A stretch of 37,716 nt of DNA, from positions 1 to 37,716 of the forward strand of contig JANYCE010000026.1 in assembly GCA_025360445.1 (NCBI GenBank). Reading direction: 5' to 3'. A program made the position numbers and the translations under genes. A model generated the notes under the pieces. The model was not told the DNA's origin, searched no databases, and was given only the letters and a program-made list of their open reading frames with translations. This document shows, in pieces, positions 22,968 to 34,166 of the stretch (the stretch's first letter is position 1; every line of letters begins with the position of its first letter). Origin of the DNA: Betaproteobacteria bacterium. Lineage in GTDB: Bacteria; Pseudomonadota; Gammaproteobacteria; Burkholderiales; SG8-41.

Positions 22968-23471
22968 ATGTCTGCACGACCTCTAATTGATAGCCTTGAA
23001 TTTGCGAGCGCTGGCGAGCAGTTAACCGGCAGCGTGCCGGTCAGCGAATTTGCGAGGCTAAGCGACAGCTTGCATGACGCGGATGGTGGATTGCAATTCG
23101 AGATTAGGGGCGGTCGTGATTCCCGGCAACGGTTGCGATTGCATATGACGGTCACGGGCAGCATCGATTTACTCTGCCAACGCTGTCTCGGCAAACTGAT
23201 TTACCCGCTGGCGGTCAAGACAAACTTGCTGCTTTTGACTAATGGCGCAGAAGCCGACGCAGGCGGGATTGATGATCTCGACGGCGTGCCGGCCACCGCG
23301 CAGACGGATGTGTGGTCGCTGGTGGAAGATGAAGTTTTGTTGGCAATTCCGCTTGCGCCGCGACATGCCGAGGGTCAATGCAGTCCGGCGGTCAAGGGAT
23401 CAGGCGACTCTGCGGCATCGCCATTTGCGGCGCTGGCTAAGCTGGCGCACGAACGTAGTATTAAGAATTGA
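22968..23471 (+). CDS. yceD: DUF177/YceD family protein
   Basis: CQRCL, LVEDEVLLAIP..P.H and SPFAAL; located upstream of rpmF. Confidence 0.92.
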   Translation: MSARPLIDSLEFASAGEQLTGSVPVSEFARLSDSLHDADGGLQFEIRGGRDSRQRLRLHMTVTGSIDLLCQRCLGKLIYPLAVKTNLLLLTNGAEADAGGIDDLDGVPATAQTDVWSLVEDEVLLAIPLAPRHAEGQCSPAVKGSGDSAASPFAALAKLAHERSIKN

Positions 23472-23489
23472 ACGTAAAGGAGTTTCAAA

Positions 23490-23669
23490 ATGGCAGTTCA
23501 GCAAAACAAAAAGTCCCCTTCGAAACGCGGCATGCACCGCTCACACGATTTTCTTGTTGCGCCGTCGCTCGCTGTTGAGCCAACCACCGGCGAAATGCAT
23601 TTGCGCCACCACATCAGCCCCACCGGCTACTACCGCGGGAAAAAAGTCGTCAAAACCAAAGACGAGTAA
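23490..23669 (+). CDS. rpmF: 50S ribosomal protein L32 (59 aa; missing from the ORF track)
   Basis: Hand translation gives [59 protein letters not shown]; AAGGAG RBS. Confidence 0.98.
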   Translation: MAVQQNKKSPSKRGMHRSHDFLVAPSLAVEPTTGEMHLRHHISPTGYYRGKKVVKTKDE

Positions 23670-23745
23670 GGTCGGCGAGGTTCGTGTCGAATCTTGTGGC
23701 TTTAAGCGCGCCAGCCAGTCCGGTGCGCGCCGGCGGGGACGGTAA

Positions 23746-24762
23746 ATGGACGTAACGGTGGCGGTCGATTGTATGGGCGGCGATCACGGCCCGCACGTAA
23801 CTGTCCCCGCTGCGCTCGACTTTCTACAGCGTTGCGAAGCGGTGAACGTCATCCTCGTCGGCCTGCAGGACGAAATTAAAGTCGAATTGCGCAAAGCAAG
23901 GCGCGAGTTGGCCGCGCGGACCGCGATACAGCATGCGAGTGAAACGGTCGGCATGGACGAGGCGCCCGCTAGCGCCTTGCGCGGAAAAAAAGACTCCTCC
24001 ATGCGCGTGGCGGTCAACCTGGTCAAAGACGGCGCCGCTCACGCCTGCGTTAGCGCCGGCAATACCGGCGCCTTGATGGCGATATCGCGTTTCGTGCTGA
24101 AAACCCTGCCTGACATCGAGCGTCCGGCCATCTGTTCGGTTCTACCGACGGTAAGTGGCCGGACTTACATGCTCGATTTAGGCGCCAATGTCGATTGCAC
24201 TGCCGAGCAACTTTTGCAATTCGGCGTAATGGGCGCAATGCTGGTCAGCGCGGTGGAAAACAAGGAGCGGCCGAGCGTCGGCCTCCTGAATATCGGCGAG
24301 GAAGAAATTAAAGGCAGCGAAGTCGTCAAGCACGCCGCAGAGTTATTACGTGCGAGCGGGCTCAACTTTTATGGCAATGTCGAGGGTGACGATATCTATA
24401 AGGGTACCACCGACGTTGTGGTATGCGATGGATTCGTCGGCAATGTCACTCTCAAAGCCTCCGAAGGGATCGCGCGGATGCTTGGCACTTATTTACGCGA
24501 AGAGTTTAACCGTAACTTATTGACGCGCGCAGCGAGTCTGGCAGCGCTGCCGGTGCTGAATGCATTTAAGCGACGCTTCGATCCGCGCAACTACAACGGC
24601 GCGACCCTGTTGGGACTGCGCGGCATCGTGGTTAAAAGCCATGGATCTGCCGATCGCACGTCGTTTCGGATTGCCATCGGCCGCGCGGCCGACGAAGCAC
24701 GCAGCGGTGTCCTCGCCAAGATTACGGATCGCATGCTGGTCATACAGGAAAATGCGGCGTGA
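23746..24762 (+). CDS. plsX: Phosphate acyltransferase PlsX
   Basis: [29 protein letters not shown] and VKSHGSAD. Confidence 0.97.
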   Translation: MDVTVAVDCMGGDHGPHVTVPAALDFLQRCEAVNVILVGLQDEIKVELRKARRELAARTAIQHASETVGMDEAPASALRGKKDSSMRVAVNLVKDGAAHACVSAGNTGALMAISRFVLKTLPDIERPAICSVLPTVSGRTYMLDLGANVDCTAEQLLQFGVMGAMLVSAVENKERPSVGLLNIGEEEIKGSEVVKHAAELLRASGLNFYGNVEGDDIYKGTTDVVVCDGFVGNVTLKASEGIARMLGTYLREEFNRNLLTRAASLAALPVLNAFKRRFDPRNYNGATLLGLRGIVVKSHGSADRTSFRIAIGRAADEARSGVLAKITDRMLVIQENAA

Positions 24763-25718
24763 TTTATTCGCGCATTGTGGGTACCGGCAGTTATCTGCCA
24801 GCCAATGTCGTCAGCAACGACGAACTTGCGAACCGGATCGACACCTCCGACGAATGGATACGCACGCGCACGGGAATCCACCAGCGTCATCTCGCAGAGG
24901 CGGGGCAGATGTCGAGCGACCTTGCGCATCAGGCGGCGCTTCAGGCATTGAAGGCGGCGGGAATGGCGGCGTCAGATCTCGACTTAATCATAGTTGCAAC
25001 CTCAACCCCGGATTTTATTTTCCCGAGTACCGCATGCGTGCTGCAGGCCAAACTCGGCGCTGTACGCTGCCCGGCGTTTGACGTTCAGGCTGTGTGTTCG
25101 GGCTTCGTTTATGCGCTCGACATCGCGGATAAATTTATCCGCAGCGGGGCGTACAAACGCGCGCTGGTGGTCGGCACTGAAGTATTTTCCCGGATTCTCG
25201 ACTGGACCGACCGCGGCACGTGCGTATTGTTTGGCGACGGCGCCGGGGCGGTAGTCCTCGCGGCAGCTGACACGCCCGGCCTGCGCGCGAGTGTGTTACA
25301 TGCGGACGGTTCGCACTTGGGCATATTGTCGACGCCAGGTCAATTGTGCGGCGGCAAGGTTACCGGCGATCCGTTTTTACGAATGGATGGAAAGGCAGTG
25401 TTTAAACTGGCCGTGCGCGTGCTCGATGAAGTGGCGCGCGAGACACTCGCGTTGTGCGAAATGCAGCCCGCCGACGTCGACTGGTTGATTCCGCATCAGG
25501 CCAATGTACGCATTTTGGATGCGACCGCAAAAAAACTGGGCATCTCTACCGCTAAAACCATCGTGACCGTCGACCGTCACGCCAATACCTCCGCCGCCTC
25601 TATACCGTTGGCGCTCGACGTGGCGGTGCGTGACGGGCGCATTAAAGCCGGCCACAAAGTTTTGCTCGCAGGCGTCGGGGGTGGTTTTACGTGGGGCGCT
25701 GTGTTGGTTGAGATGTAG
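24759..25718 (+). CDS. fabH: Beta-ketoacyl-ACP synthase III
   Basis: [26 protein letters not shown] and GGGFTWG. Confidence 0.97.
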   Translation: MIYSRIVGTGSYLPANVVSNDELANRIDTSDEWIRTRTGIHQRHLAEAGQMSSDLAHQAALQALKAAGMAASDLDLIIVATSTPDFIFPSTACVLQAKLGAVRCPAFDVQAVCSGFVYALDIADKFIRSGAYKRALVVGTEVFSRILDWTDRGTCVLFGDGAGAVVLAAADTPGLRASVLHADGSHLGILSTPGQLCGGKVTGDPFLRMDGKAVFKLAVRVLDEVARETLALCEMQPADVDWLIPHQANVRILDATAKKLGISTAKTIVTVDRHANTSAASIPLALDVAVRDGRIKAGHKVLLAGVGGGFTWGAVLVEM

Positions 25719-25726
25719 GAGTCGAG

Positions 25727-26665
25727 ATGAAGCTTGCATTGGTTTTCCCGGGTCAAGGATCACAGACGGTAGGCATGCTGCAGAGTTTTGCCGATAGCAA
25801 ACCTGTGCGCGATACGTTTGCCGAAGCCGCCGACGTGCTGGGACAAAATTTGTGGCAGCTTGCGGCTGACGGTCCGGCGGAAGACCTTAACTCGACGGTC
25901 AATACTCAGCCGCTCATGCTGACGGCCGGCTACGCGATTTATCGCGCGTGGCTGGATGCCGGCGGGAGACAGCCTGCAATCGTCGCCGGGCATAGCCTCG
26001 GTGAATACACCGCGCTGGTGGTAGCGGGCGTGGTGAGTTTTCGCGATGCGCTGCCACTCGTGCGGTTGCGCGCTCAGGCAATGCAGGAGGCAGTGCCCGC
26101 AGGCACTGGCGCGATGGCCGCGATACTTGGTCTCGACGATGACGCGGTGCGTGTCGCGTGTGCGGAGGCTGCGCAAGGTGAAATTGTCGAAGCAGTCAAC
26201 TTTAACGCGCCAAGCCAAGTCGTCATCGCCGGTCACAAGGCCGCGGTTGAGCGCGCCGCTGACATTGCCAAAGCGAAAGGCGCCAAGCGTGCCGTGATGT
26301 TGCCGGTCAGCGCTCCGTTTCATGCTTCTTTGCTGAAGCCTGCCGCCGAACGTCTCGAGCAAGCGCTTGCAGGCGTCACCTTCAATGCACCGCAAATACC
26401 GATCATTAATAACGTAGACGTCGCCGTTGTAACAGATCCCGCGCAAATACAAGACGCGCTTGCACGTCAGGCGTGCAATCCCGTGCGGTGGGTCGAAGTC
26501 ATTCAGCACATGGCGCGTAGCGGCGTAACGCATGTAGGCGAATGCGGTCCCGGCAAAGTGCTGGCCGGCATGACAAAGCGCATCGACAATAGTTTGCAGG
26601 GGTTTGCCATCGCGGATGCGGCGTCGCTCCTGAAGTCGCTACAGATATTTTCACAGGCGGCGTGA
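25727..26665 (+). CDS. fabD: Malonyl-CoA:ACP transacylase
   Basis: FPGQGSQ, GHSLGEY, VSAPFH and GPGKVL. Confidence 0.97.
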   Translation: MKLALVFPGQGSQTVGMLQSFADSKPVRDTFAEAADVLGQNLWQLAADGPAEDLNSTVNTQPLMLTAGYAIYRAWLDAGGRQPAIVAGHSLGEYTALVVAGVVSFRDALPLVRLRAQAMQEAVPAGTGAMAAILGLDDDAVRVACAEAAQGEIVEAVNFNAPSQVVIAGHKAAVERAADIAKAKGAKRAVMLPVSAPFHASLLKPAAERLEQALAGVTFNAPQIPIINNVDVAVVTDPAQIQDALARQACNPVRWVEVIQHMARSGVTHVGECGPGKVLAGMTKRIDNSLQGFAIADAASLLKSLQIFSQAA

Positions 26666-27405
26666 TGCTCAACGGACAAGTCGCATTAGTCACCGGCGCA
26701 ACACGCGGCATCGGCCAGGCGATTGCACTCGCGCTCGGTAAGCAGGGCGCCGTGGTGGCCGGAACTGCCACCACTGAAGCGGGCGCACAGACAATCAACG
26801 CCTACCTCTTTGCCGCCCAAATAAAAGGCGCGGGTTTTGCGATGAACGTCAACGATGCGACGCAGGTTGCGGCGACGCTCGTTGCCGTGCAGAAGGCGTG
26901 CGGCGATATTGCGATCCTGGTCAACAACGCCGGAATCACGCGCGACAACTTGTTACTGCGCATGAAAGATGATGAGTGGGATGACATCTTGTCGACCAAC
27001 CTGAAGTCGGTGTACCGGCTCTCCAAGCTGGTGCTACGTCCGATGATGAAAGCGCGCCACGGCCGCATCATTAACATTACGTCGGTGGTTGGCGTGATGG
27101 GCAATGCCGGACAGACAAATTACGCCGCGGCGAAGGCCGGCATGATCGGATTCAGCAAATCCCTCGCGCGCGAAATAGGCAGCCGCAATATTACTGTAAA
27201 TTGCGTGGCGCCCGGGTTCATCGATACTGATATGACGCGCGAACTCGATGCAAACCAGCGTGCGTCGCTCATCGGGCAGATTCCGCTGGCGCGCCTCGGC
27301 ACGGTCGATGAAGTAGCCGGTGCGGTGGCGTTTCTGGCAGGGCCGGCCGCGGGTTACATCACAGGCGCAACCTTGCATGTCAACGGCGGAATGTTGATGG
27401 ATTAG
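26665..27405 (+). CDS. fabG: 3-oxoacyl-ACP reductase
   Basis: TGATRGIG, NNAGITRD and YAAAK. The start is either GTG 26662 or ATG 26665. Confidence 0.96.
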   Translation: MLNGQVALVTGATRGIGQAIALALGKQGAVVAGTATTEAGAQTINAYLFAAQIKGAGFAMNVNDATQVAATLVAVQKACGDIAILVNNAGITRDNLLLRMKDDEWDDILSTNLKSVYRLSKLVLRPMMKARHGRIINITSVVGVMGNAGQTNYAAAKAGMIGFSKSLAREIGSRNITVNCVAPGFIDTDMTRELDANQRASLIGQIPLARLGTVDEVAGAVAFLAGPAAGYITGATLHVNGGMLMD

Positions 27406-27443
27406 CGGATGAATTGCACTGGTTAGGTGCCACGCGCCGTATT

Positions 27444-27452
27444 TGGTAAAAT
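27444..27452 (+). promoter_or_regulatory. Putative extended -10 promoter for acpP
   Basis: TGGTAAAAT in the fabG-acpP gap. Confidence 0.4.
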
Positions 27453-27494
27453 ACTTTCCGCATAAAACCGGATCACTCCTTAAGGGAACTCTAG

Positions 27495-27731
27495 ATGGAA
27501 AATATAGAACAGCGCGTCAAGAAGATTGTTGCCGAGCAACTCGGCGTCAGCGAAGCCGATGTCAAGAATGACTCGTCATTCGTCAACGACCTTGGCGCCG
27601 ACTCGCTCGATACAGTCGAACTGGTGATGGCGCTCGAAGAAGAATTCGAGTGCGAGATTCCGGACGAAGAAGCGGAAAAAATTACCACCGTTCAACAGGC
27701 CACCGATTACGTCAAGTCCCACCTCAAGTAG
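27495..27731 (+). CDS. acpP: Acyl carrier protein
   Basis: [20 protein letters not shown]. Confidence 0.98.
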   Translation: MENIEQRVKKIVAEQLGVSEADVKNDSSFVNDLGADSLDTVELVMALEEEFECEIPDEEAEKITTVQQATDYVKSHLK

Positions 27732-27761
27732 TCCTGATCAGGCTCGAACCGCGGAACTCCA

Positions 27762-29000
27762 TTGGCACGTCGCAGAGTAGTTGTCACCGGCCTGGGCATT
27801 ATTTCTCCGGTCGGCATCGGCATTCCAGAAGCGTGGGGAAACATCGTCGCGGGAAATTCCGGCATCACGCGCATTTCGCGTTTCGATACAACTACTTTTC
27901 CGACCCAGATCGCGGGCGAGGTCAAGGGGTTTGAGGTAGGAAAATGGCTTTCCCCCAAGGAAGCACGGCGCTTCGACACTTTTATTCACTATGGTCTTGC
28001 CGCGGCCATCGATGCGCTGCAAGACTCCGGACTCGATCTCGATCAGGAAGATCGTAACCAGATAGGCGTGTGCATAGGGTCCGGCATTGGCGGGTTGCCG
28101 TTAATCGAAACCACCCATGATGCAATGCTCGCCGGCGGCGTGCGAAAAATTTCTCCATTTTTTGTGCCCGGCACGATCATAAATATGATTTCGGGCCAGC
28201 TCTCAATTATGTACGGCCTCAAAGGCCCGAACATTGCGGTGGTGAGCGCATGCACAACGGCGAATCACTCCATTGGCGAAGCCGGCCGCTTCATCGAGTA
28301 TGGCGATGCCGATGTGATGATCGCCGGCGGCGCCGAATCCACGGTTTCACCGCTTGGCGTGGGTGGTTTCTGTGCGGCGCGCGCGCTTTCCACACGCAAT
28401 GATGCGCCTGAACTTGCGAGCCGCCCGTGGGACAAAGATCGCGACGGCTTCGTGCTTGGTGAGGGCGCCGGTGTACTCGTGCTTGAAGAGTATGAGCGCG
28501 CAAAAAAACGCGGCGCGCGAATTTACTGCGAGCTCTCGGGGTATGGGCTAAGTGCGGACGCCCATCACATCACTGCACCGTGCGAAGACGGGGAGGGGGC
28601 CGCGCGTTGCATGGTCAACGCACTGCGCAATGGCAGCGTCAACCCCGAGCAGGTCGATTACATCAATGCGCACGGCACCTCAACGCCGCTTGGCGACATC
28701 GCGGAAACCATCGCGGTAAAACGCTGCTTCGGCGACCATGCAAAAAAACTTGCGGTCAGTTCAACCAAGTCGATGACCGGTCATCTGCTCGGCGCCGCCG
28801 GCGGGATCGAAGCCGTATTTACCGCCCTCGCGCTGCACGAGCAAATTGCACCCCCGACGATCAATCTCGTTAATCAAGATCCGCAATGCGATCTGGATTA
28901 CGTGCCGAACGAGGCGCGCAGAATGCCGATCAAAGTCGCGGTATCGAATTCGTTTGGCTTCGGCGGGACTAACGGCACTCTCGTATTCCGCGCCGTCTGA
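27762..29000 (+). CDS. fabF: Beta-ketoacyl-ACP synthase II
   Basis: SAC, HGTST, KSMTGHLLGAAG and NSFGFGG; TTG start. Confidence 0.97.
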   Translation: MARRRVVVTGLGIISPVGIGIPEAWGNIVAGNSGITRISRFDTTTFPTQIAGEVKGFEVGKWLSPKEARRFDTFIHYGLAAAIDALQDSGLDLDQEDRNQIGVCIGSGIGGLPLIETTHDAMLAGGVRKISPFFVPGTIINMISGQLSIMYGLKGPNIAVVSACTTANHSIGEAGRFIEYGDADVMIAGGAESTVSPLGVGGFCAARALSTRNDAPELASRPWDKDRDGFVLGEGAGVLVLEEYERAKKRGARIYCELSGYGLSADAHHITAPCEDGEGAARCMVNALRNGSVNPEQVDYINAHGTSTPLGDIAETIAVKRCFGDHAKKLAVSSTKSMTGHLLGAAGGIEAVFTALALHEQIAPPTINLVNQDPQCDLDYVPNEARRMPIKVAVSNSFGFGGTNGTLVFRAV

Positions 29001-29049
29001 GGTCGCCGCTGCGCCGGTCGTCTGCGCGAATCTCTGCACCCACACTCGA

Positions 29050-29859
29050 ATGAATTTTATCAATGGCGTCGCCGGCGAAACGCTCAGCGTGCGTGACCGC
29101 GGCCTGGCTTATGGAGATGGCGTCTTTCGCACTTTCCCGGTCGTCGCCGGCAGGCCCGTGCTGTGGCAACGTCAATACGCCAAGCTCGCACACGACTGCG
29201 ATGCGCTCCAGATCGACTGCCCTTTGCGTGAGGTGCTTGAGCGTGACATTGCATTGCTCGATCCCGCCGGCTGCATAGTCAAGATTGTCGTCACGCGTGG
29301 TAACGGCCCCCGTGGATACGCACCGCCGCCTGGTGCGGTACCGACCCGTGTGATCATTACCGGCCCGCTGCCCGAATTTCCGGCCCGTTTCCCGGACGTT
29401 GGCATACGTGTCCAGGCATGCCGAATACGACTTGCTTCGCAGCCGCGCCTCGCTGGCATCAAACATTTGAACCGGCTCGAAAATGTACTCGCCCGAATGG
29501 AATGGAATGATCCGGCGATAGCCGAAGGGTTGCTATGCGACGCAGCCGACAACATTATCGGCGGCACGATGAGTAACTTGTTCATCGTCGAGGCAGGCCA
29601 GCTCGTGACGCCCGAATTGACTGGTTGCGGCGTGGCTGGCGTGATGCGCGGCCTCGTTATCGATCTTGCAAAGGCACATGGAATCGGCATGGAAATCGGG
29701 GCGGTTAGTCTCGCCAGGCTGCGCGCAGCCGAGGCTGTGTTTGTGGTCAATAGCGTCGTCGGCTTGTGGCCAGTGATTGCGCTCGAGCGCCAGGCCTGGC
29801 AAAAAGGCGCGCTCACGGCGCAGATACAGCATTGGATTGCAGATGCTCAACGTGCTTAA
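29050..29859 (+). CDS. pabC: Aminodeoxychorismate lyase
   Basis: DRGLAYGDGVF, GIKHLNRLENVL and GVAGVMR; position between fabF and mltG. Confidence 0.93.
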   Translation: MNFINGVAGETLSVRDRGLAYGDGVFRTFPVVAGRPVLWQRQYAKLAHDCDALQIDCPLREVLERDIALLDPAGCIVKIVVTRGNGPRGYAPPPGAVPTRVIITGPLPEFPARFPDVGIRVQACRIRLASQPRLAGIKHLNRLENVLARMEWNDPAIAEGLLCDAADNIIGGTMSNLFIVEAGQLVTPELTGCGVAGVMRGLVIDLAKAHGIGMEIGAVSLARLRAAEAVFVVNSVVGLWPVIALERQAWQKGALTAQIQHWIADAQRA

Positions 29860-30853
29860 ACGCGGGCTAAAAATAATCGCATGGTTTAGCGTCGCGCTGG
29901 CGGCCGCATTTGCCGGGTGGCTGATTGTTTACGGTTGGCTGGCCACCGCGTCATCGGCGCCACAACAATTTAGCCTAAAGCAAGGCAGCAGCCTGCGCAG
30001 CGCTGCGCGCCAGATGAGCGAGGGCGGGGTGATCTCGACGCCATGGCAATTCGAAGCGCTTGGCCGCTTGAGCGGGCACTCGACGCATATTCAGGCAGGC
30101 AACTACGAGGTGCGCGGCGCAGTGAGCGCGTTCCAGCTATTGACGATGATAACTTCAGGCGTGCGCGGTCAGGACAAGCTGACGGTTGTCGAAGGCTGGT
30201 CGTTCAGCCAGTTGCGGGCAGCACTCGACGCGCATCCGGCGCTAAAACACGAAACGAGCGGCGTTGCGGAAACTGAACTCGCTACGCGCCTGGGCATTGC
30301 GCAATCGTCAGTGGAAGGGTGGTTTTTTCCTGATACTTATTACTTTCCGAACGGTGCGACTGACACCGCCTTGCTCCAACGCGCTCACCGCGCGATGCGT
30401 GCGCAACTCGACTCGGTGTGGGCGACGCGCGCCGATGGGCTGCCGCTCGCGAGCCCGTATGAAGCGCTGATCCTCGCTTCGATTGTCGAAAAGGAAACCG
30501 GTCAGCCGGCCGAGCGATCAATGATTGCCTCGGTTTTTATAAACCGTCTCAAGATCGGCATGAGATTGCAGACCGATCCAACCGTCATTTACGGTATGGG
30601 GGTGGAGTTCGACGGTAATCTGCGCAAAAAAGATCTGCTGGCCGACGGGCCGTACAACACTTATGTACGAACGGGTTTGCCACCCACGCCAATCGCATTG
30701 CCGGGCCTGGCATCACTTTCCGCAACCCTTAATCCGGCGGTCGGCAAAATGCTCTATTTTGTCGCGCGCGGCGACGGTTCATCGCAGTTTTCGAATAACC
30801 TCGCGGAGCATGAGCGCGCCGTGACAAAATACCAGCGGCGCGGCGCACAGTAA
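29843..30853 (+). CDS. mltG: Endolytic transglycosylase MltG
   Basis: N-terminal [30 protein letters not shown] and YNTY...GLPPTPI. Confidence 0.96.
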   Translation: MLNVLKRGLKIIAWFSVALAAAFAGWLIVYGWLATASSAPQQFSLKQGSSLRSAARQMSEGGVISTPWQFEALGRLSGHSTHIQAGNYEVRGAVSAFQLLTMITSGVRGQDKLTVVEGWSFSQLRAALDAHPALKHETSGVAETELATRLGIAQSSVEGWFFPDTYYFPNGATDTALLQRAHRAMRAQLDSVWATRADGLPLASPYEALILASIVEKETGQPAERSMIASVFINRLKIGMRLQTDPTVIYGMGVEFDGNLRKKDLLADGPYNTYVRTGLPPTPIALPGLASLSATLNPAVGKMLYFVARGDGSSQFSNNLAEHERAVTKYQRRGAQ

Positions 30854-30858
30854 AAATC

Positions 30859-31476
30859 ATGCACGGAAAATTCATCACTCTCGAAGGCATCGACGGCGCC
30901 GGCAAAACCACACACTTGGCGTGGCTTGCCGCATTCATCAAAGAGCGCGGAATTGAAGCTGTCGTTACGCGTGAGCCCGGCGGGACGGCCATCGGCGAAA
31001 AACTTCGCGCGTTGCTACTCGACAAAAACGAGGCAATGCATCTCGAGACCGAAGCCTTGCTTATGTTTGCAGCGCGCCGTGAGCACCTCGATAAAGTCAT
31101 AACGCCGGCCCTCGCAAGAGGCGACTGGGTGCTATGCGATCGTTTTACCGATGCAACGTTCGCTTATCAGGGCACCGGACGCGGCGTCGACTGGGCGCGA
31201 CTGCGCATCCTCGAGCAGTGGGTGCAGGCAGGTTTGCAGCCTGATCTCACTTTGCTATTCGATGTCGCGCCGGAAATCGGACGCCAGCGCACCGGCAGCA
31301 TCAAAACGCCGGATCGTTTCGAACTGGAACGCGACGATTTCTTCAAGCGAGTCCGGGAAGGTTATTTACGCCGCGCCCGCGAGTCGGCAACTCGCATGCG
31401 CGTGATCGACGCCACCACGCCGGTCGAAACCATTCAACGCGAGCTGCAGAAAATCGTGGAACCACTATGCCGATAG
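30859..31476 (+). CDS. tmk: Thymidylate kinase
   Basis: [16 protein letters not shown] and DRF.DAT.AYQG. Confidence 0.97.
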   Translation: MHGKFITLEGIDGAGKTTHLAWLAAFIKERGIEAVVTREPGGTAIGEKLRALLLDKNEAMHLETEALLMFAARREHLDKVITPALARGDWVLCDRFTDATFAYQGTGRGVDWARLRILEQWVQAGLQPDLTLLFDVAPEIGRQRTGSIKTPDRFELERDDFFKRVREGYLRRARESATRMRVIDATTPVETIQRELQKIVEPLCR

Positions 31477-32498
31477 AGGTGTATCCATGGCATCAGGCGC
31501 AGTGGCGAGAACTCCTGCAACGTCGTGAGACGTTGCCGCATGCTTTGTTGTTTCGCGGCCGGGAGGGGATCGGCAAGCTCGATTTTGTGCGCAAGCTCGC
31601 GCAATCACTTGCCTGCACGACCCCGGTTGAAAACGCTGCGTGTGGCGGGTGCCAGAGCTGCCGGTGGTTTGCGGCGGCGGCCCATCCTGATTATCGCGAA
31701 TTGTTGCCGGAAGTGATGCGACCATCGGGATCGGAGGAAGCGGCAGCCCAGGGTCGTACTAAGCCCAGGGAAGAAATCGTCGTAAATGAAGTGCGGAGCT
31801 TAGAAAGCTTTGTTCATTTAACGGCGCATCAGACCGGCGCCAAAACTATCGTGCTGTATCCGGCAGAAACTCTGAATGTCAACGCAGCCAATGCGTTATT
31901 AAAAAGTCTCGAGGAACCGCCGCCGAACACGCGCTTCATGCTGATTTCCCACCGGCCCAGTTACCTGCCCGCGACCATCATCAGCCGCTGCCAGCAAATC
32001 GTGCTGCCGACGCCGCCGGTCGCGGTGGCCGAGCAATGGCTGCGTGACCAGGGGGTCGCCGAACCTGCGCTAAGTCTCGCGCAAACAGGCAATGCGCCGC
32101 TGGCCGCGCAAGCGCTCGATGACGGAGCCTTTTGGCAGCAGCGCAAAACGTTATTCGGAGGCCTGGCCGCGCCGACTGTCGACGCGTTCATGTTGGCCGA
32201 ACACGTGCGTGAATTTCCAATACCCCGGTTGTTAGGCTGGCTGCAGCGCTGGAGCTATGACTTGCTGAGCGTTAAATCGATAGGCCTGATTCGCTACAAT
32301 CACGATTACTCAAAAGCGCTTGCCCAGATAGCCAGTGGCTTGCGCGCCGTCGATATTGCCCGCTTTCACCGCACATTGGTTCGTCAGCAACGCAGCGTTC
32401 ACCATCCGCTGAACGCACGTCTTTATATCGAACAATTATTATTTTCGTATACCGCACTTTTACGCGGCGAAGACCTGACCGCCAGCTATGCTCGTTGA
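31467..32498 (+). CDS. holB: DNA polymerase III delta' subunit
   Basis: [31 protein letters not shown] and TIISRC. Confidence 0.95.
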   Translation: MPIEVYPWHQAQWRELLQRRETLPHALLFRGREGIGKLDFVRKLAQSLACTTPVENAACGGCQSCRWFAAAAHPDYRELLPEVMRPSGSEEAAAQGRTKPREEIVVNEVRSLESFVHLTAHQTGAKTIVLYPAETLNVNAANALLKSLEEPPPNTRFMLISHRPSYLPATIISRCQQIVLPTPPVAVAEQWLRDQGVAEPALSLAQTGNAPLAAQALDDGAFWQQRKTLFGGLAAPTVDAFMLAEHVREFPIPRLLGWLQRWSYDLLSVKSIGLIRYNHDYSKALAQIASGLRAVDIARFHRTLVRQQRSVHHPLNARLYIEQLLFSYTALLRGEDLTASYAR

Positions 32499-33258
32499 TT
32501 CGCATTGCCATCTTGATTTTCCGGAGGTCGCCGAACAACTTGATTCCGTGTTCGCGCTAATGCGGGAAAACAAGGTCGAACATGCGCTGTGTGTGTCTGT
32601 AACGCTCGAAGATTTTCCGCGCGTGCGCCAACTCGCCGAGACCTATGCGCATGTCCACGGTTCGGTGGGCGTTCATCCGGACTACGAAGCGGTCGATGTG
32701 GTATCGGTGCCGGAACTTCTCGCGCTTGCCGACAATCCCAGAATAATCGCCATCGGTGAAACGGGGCTCGACTATTTTCGGTTGAAGGGCGATCTGGAAT
32801 GGCAGCGCGAGCGTTTTCGCACGCACATTCGGGCCGCGCGCGAGTGCGGAAAACCGCTGATCGTTCACACCCGCGCGGCAGCCGAAGACACTTTGCGGAT
32901 CATGCGCGAGGAGCGAGCGGAGCTGGCCGGAGGGGTTATGCATTGCTTCACCGAGTCAGCGGACGTTGCAAAGGCGGCGATGGATTTGGGGTTTTATATA
33001 TCGTTTTCGGGGATAGTCACGTTTAAGAACGCAAAAGGCATCAAGGCTGTTGCAACCGAGGTTCCGATGGAAAGCATGCTGGTTGAGACGGATTCGCCGT
33101 ATTTGGCGCCGGTCCCATATCGGGGACGCACCAATCAACCTGGCTATGTTAAGCACGTAGCTGAGGAAATAGGGCGCTTGAAAGGGTTGCCGTTTGAACA
33201 GGTGTGCGCTGTTACAACAACAAATTTCTTCAATCTATTCAAATCAATAAATAGTTAA
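32488..33258 (+). CDS. TatD family hydrolase (YcfH-like)
   Basis: DSHCH, GVHP, GETGLDY, HTR, HCF and ETDSPYL. Confidence 0.95.
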   Translation: MLVDSHCHLDFPEVAEQLDSVFALMRENKVEHALCVSVTLEDFPRVRQLAETYAHVHGSVGVHPDYEAVDVVSVPELLALADNPRIIAIGETGLDYFRLKGDLEWQRERFRTHIRAARECGKPLIVHTRAAAEDTLRIMREERAELAGGVMHCFTESADVAKAAMDLGFYISFSGIVTFKNAKGIKAVATEVPMESMLVETDSPYLAPVPYRGRTNQPGYVKHVAEEIGRLKGLPFEQVCAVTTTNFFNLFKSINS

Positions 33259-33262
33259 TCTC

Positions 33263-33898
33263 ATGTTAACTACCAAGATTATCAGCGTGCTGACACTGGT
33301 GTTGGCAAGCCAATTCGCAGCCGCCGCCAGTAGTTTTGAACAGATGATGGACGCCGTAAAAACGGACAATGTCGAGGTGGTGAGTTCTCTGCTTAAGCGA
33401 GGCTTCGATCCAAATACGAGCGACCGTGAGGGCAATACGCTGCTCATGATGGCTGCTAAAGAAGGCAGCAATGGGGTCGTCAGGCAGCTTTTGGCAGCGC
33501 AGGCCAAGGTTCAGCCTGCCAATGAGTTCGGGGAGACGGCGCTCATGATGGCCGCGATTGGCGGGCATGTCGATGTCGCTCGCAGCTTACTCGAGCGCGG
33601 CGCGGTATTAAATCGACCGGGCTGGTCTCCACTCATGTATGCCGCCGTGATGGGGCATGTGAACATGGCGCGTCTTTTGATTGCTTATGGCGCACAAGTT
33701 AACGGTCCTGCTGACAACGGTGTCACTTCTCTGATGCTGGCCGCGCGCGAGGGTCACACTCAGATGGTCAGTTTTCTTTTAGCTAATGGCGCCGACCCAA
33801 ATCTTAAGTCAGACGCCGGAGCGACCGCGGCCGGCATAGCCCGTGAGAAAAATCATTCAGGTGTTGTCGAGATATTGGCCAAAGGCGCGAAAGAATAA
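33263..33898 (+). CDS. Exported ankyrin-repeat protein
   Basis: Signal peptide (AAA-S) followed by repeated G.T.LM.AA..GH units. Confidence 0.9.
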   Translation: MLTTKIISVLTLVLASQFAAAASSFEQMMDAVKTDNVEVVSSLLKRGFDPNTSDREGNTLLMMAAKEGSNGVVRQLLAAQAKVQPANEFGETALMMAAIGGHVDVARSLLERGAVLNRPGWSPLMYAAVMGHVNMARLLIAYGAQVNGPADNGVTSLMLAAREGHTQMVSFLLANGADPNLKSDAGATAAGIAREKNHSGVVEILAKGAKE

Positions 33899-33938
33899 AA
33901 GCGCAGGCGGCATCGCCGGAATATTTCCTCAATATACC

Positions 33939-33966
33939 ACTTCGTATAATGTATATTATGTAAAAT
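33939..33966 (+). other. dif: dif site (XerC/XerD chromosome dimer resolution site)
   Basis: ACTTCGTATAA-TGTATA-TTATGTAAAAT matches the 11-6-11 proteobacterial dif layout (E. coli GGTGCGCATAA-TGTATA-TTATGTTAAAT). It is intergenic, AT-rich and lies between convergent gene blocks. Confidence 0.9.
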
Positions 33967-34166
33967 TTAATGCGTAAAGCCAGCAAAGCTTATGGACCGT
34001 TTCATAACACGATATCCGCAGCGCCATAGTGCGGGCGCCCCGCCTTTTTATTTTGAAATACTTACCGGCGAGGCGCCTGCGCTATGGGCGGCCACCCAAC
34101 GCGACAATTTAGAAACCATCGATTTGACGCGTCACACCGGCACATCGCTGCAACGATGAGAGAGCG

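Noticed and set aside
23242-23745. 167-aa ORF in the track spanning yceD to plsX
   Set aside because: An off-frame shadow; the real gene here is rpmF at 23490-23669.
25760-26533. Long antisense ORFs (also 5656-6405, 7826-8464, 35181-35909, 36609-37313)
   Set aside because: They lie opposite well-conserved genes, which is expected from codon bias in GC-rich DNA, and show no motifs.
33939-33954. ACTTCGTATAATGTAT resembles the left part of loxP (possible engineered scar)
   Set aside because: The right arm is TTATGTAAAAT (XerD-type), not the inverted TATACGAAGTTAT, so dif explains it better.
34031-34049. GCGGG-CGC-CCCGC followed by a T-run as a terminator for the tatD/ankyrin operon
   Set aside because: The 5-bp stem with a 3-nt loop is too weak to call confidently.
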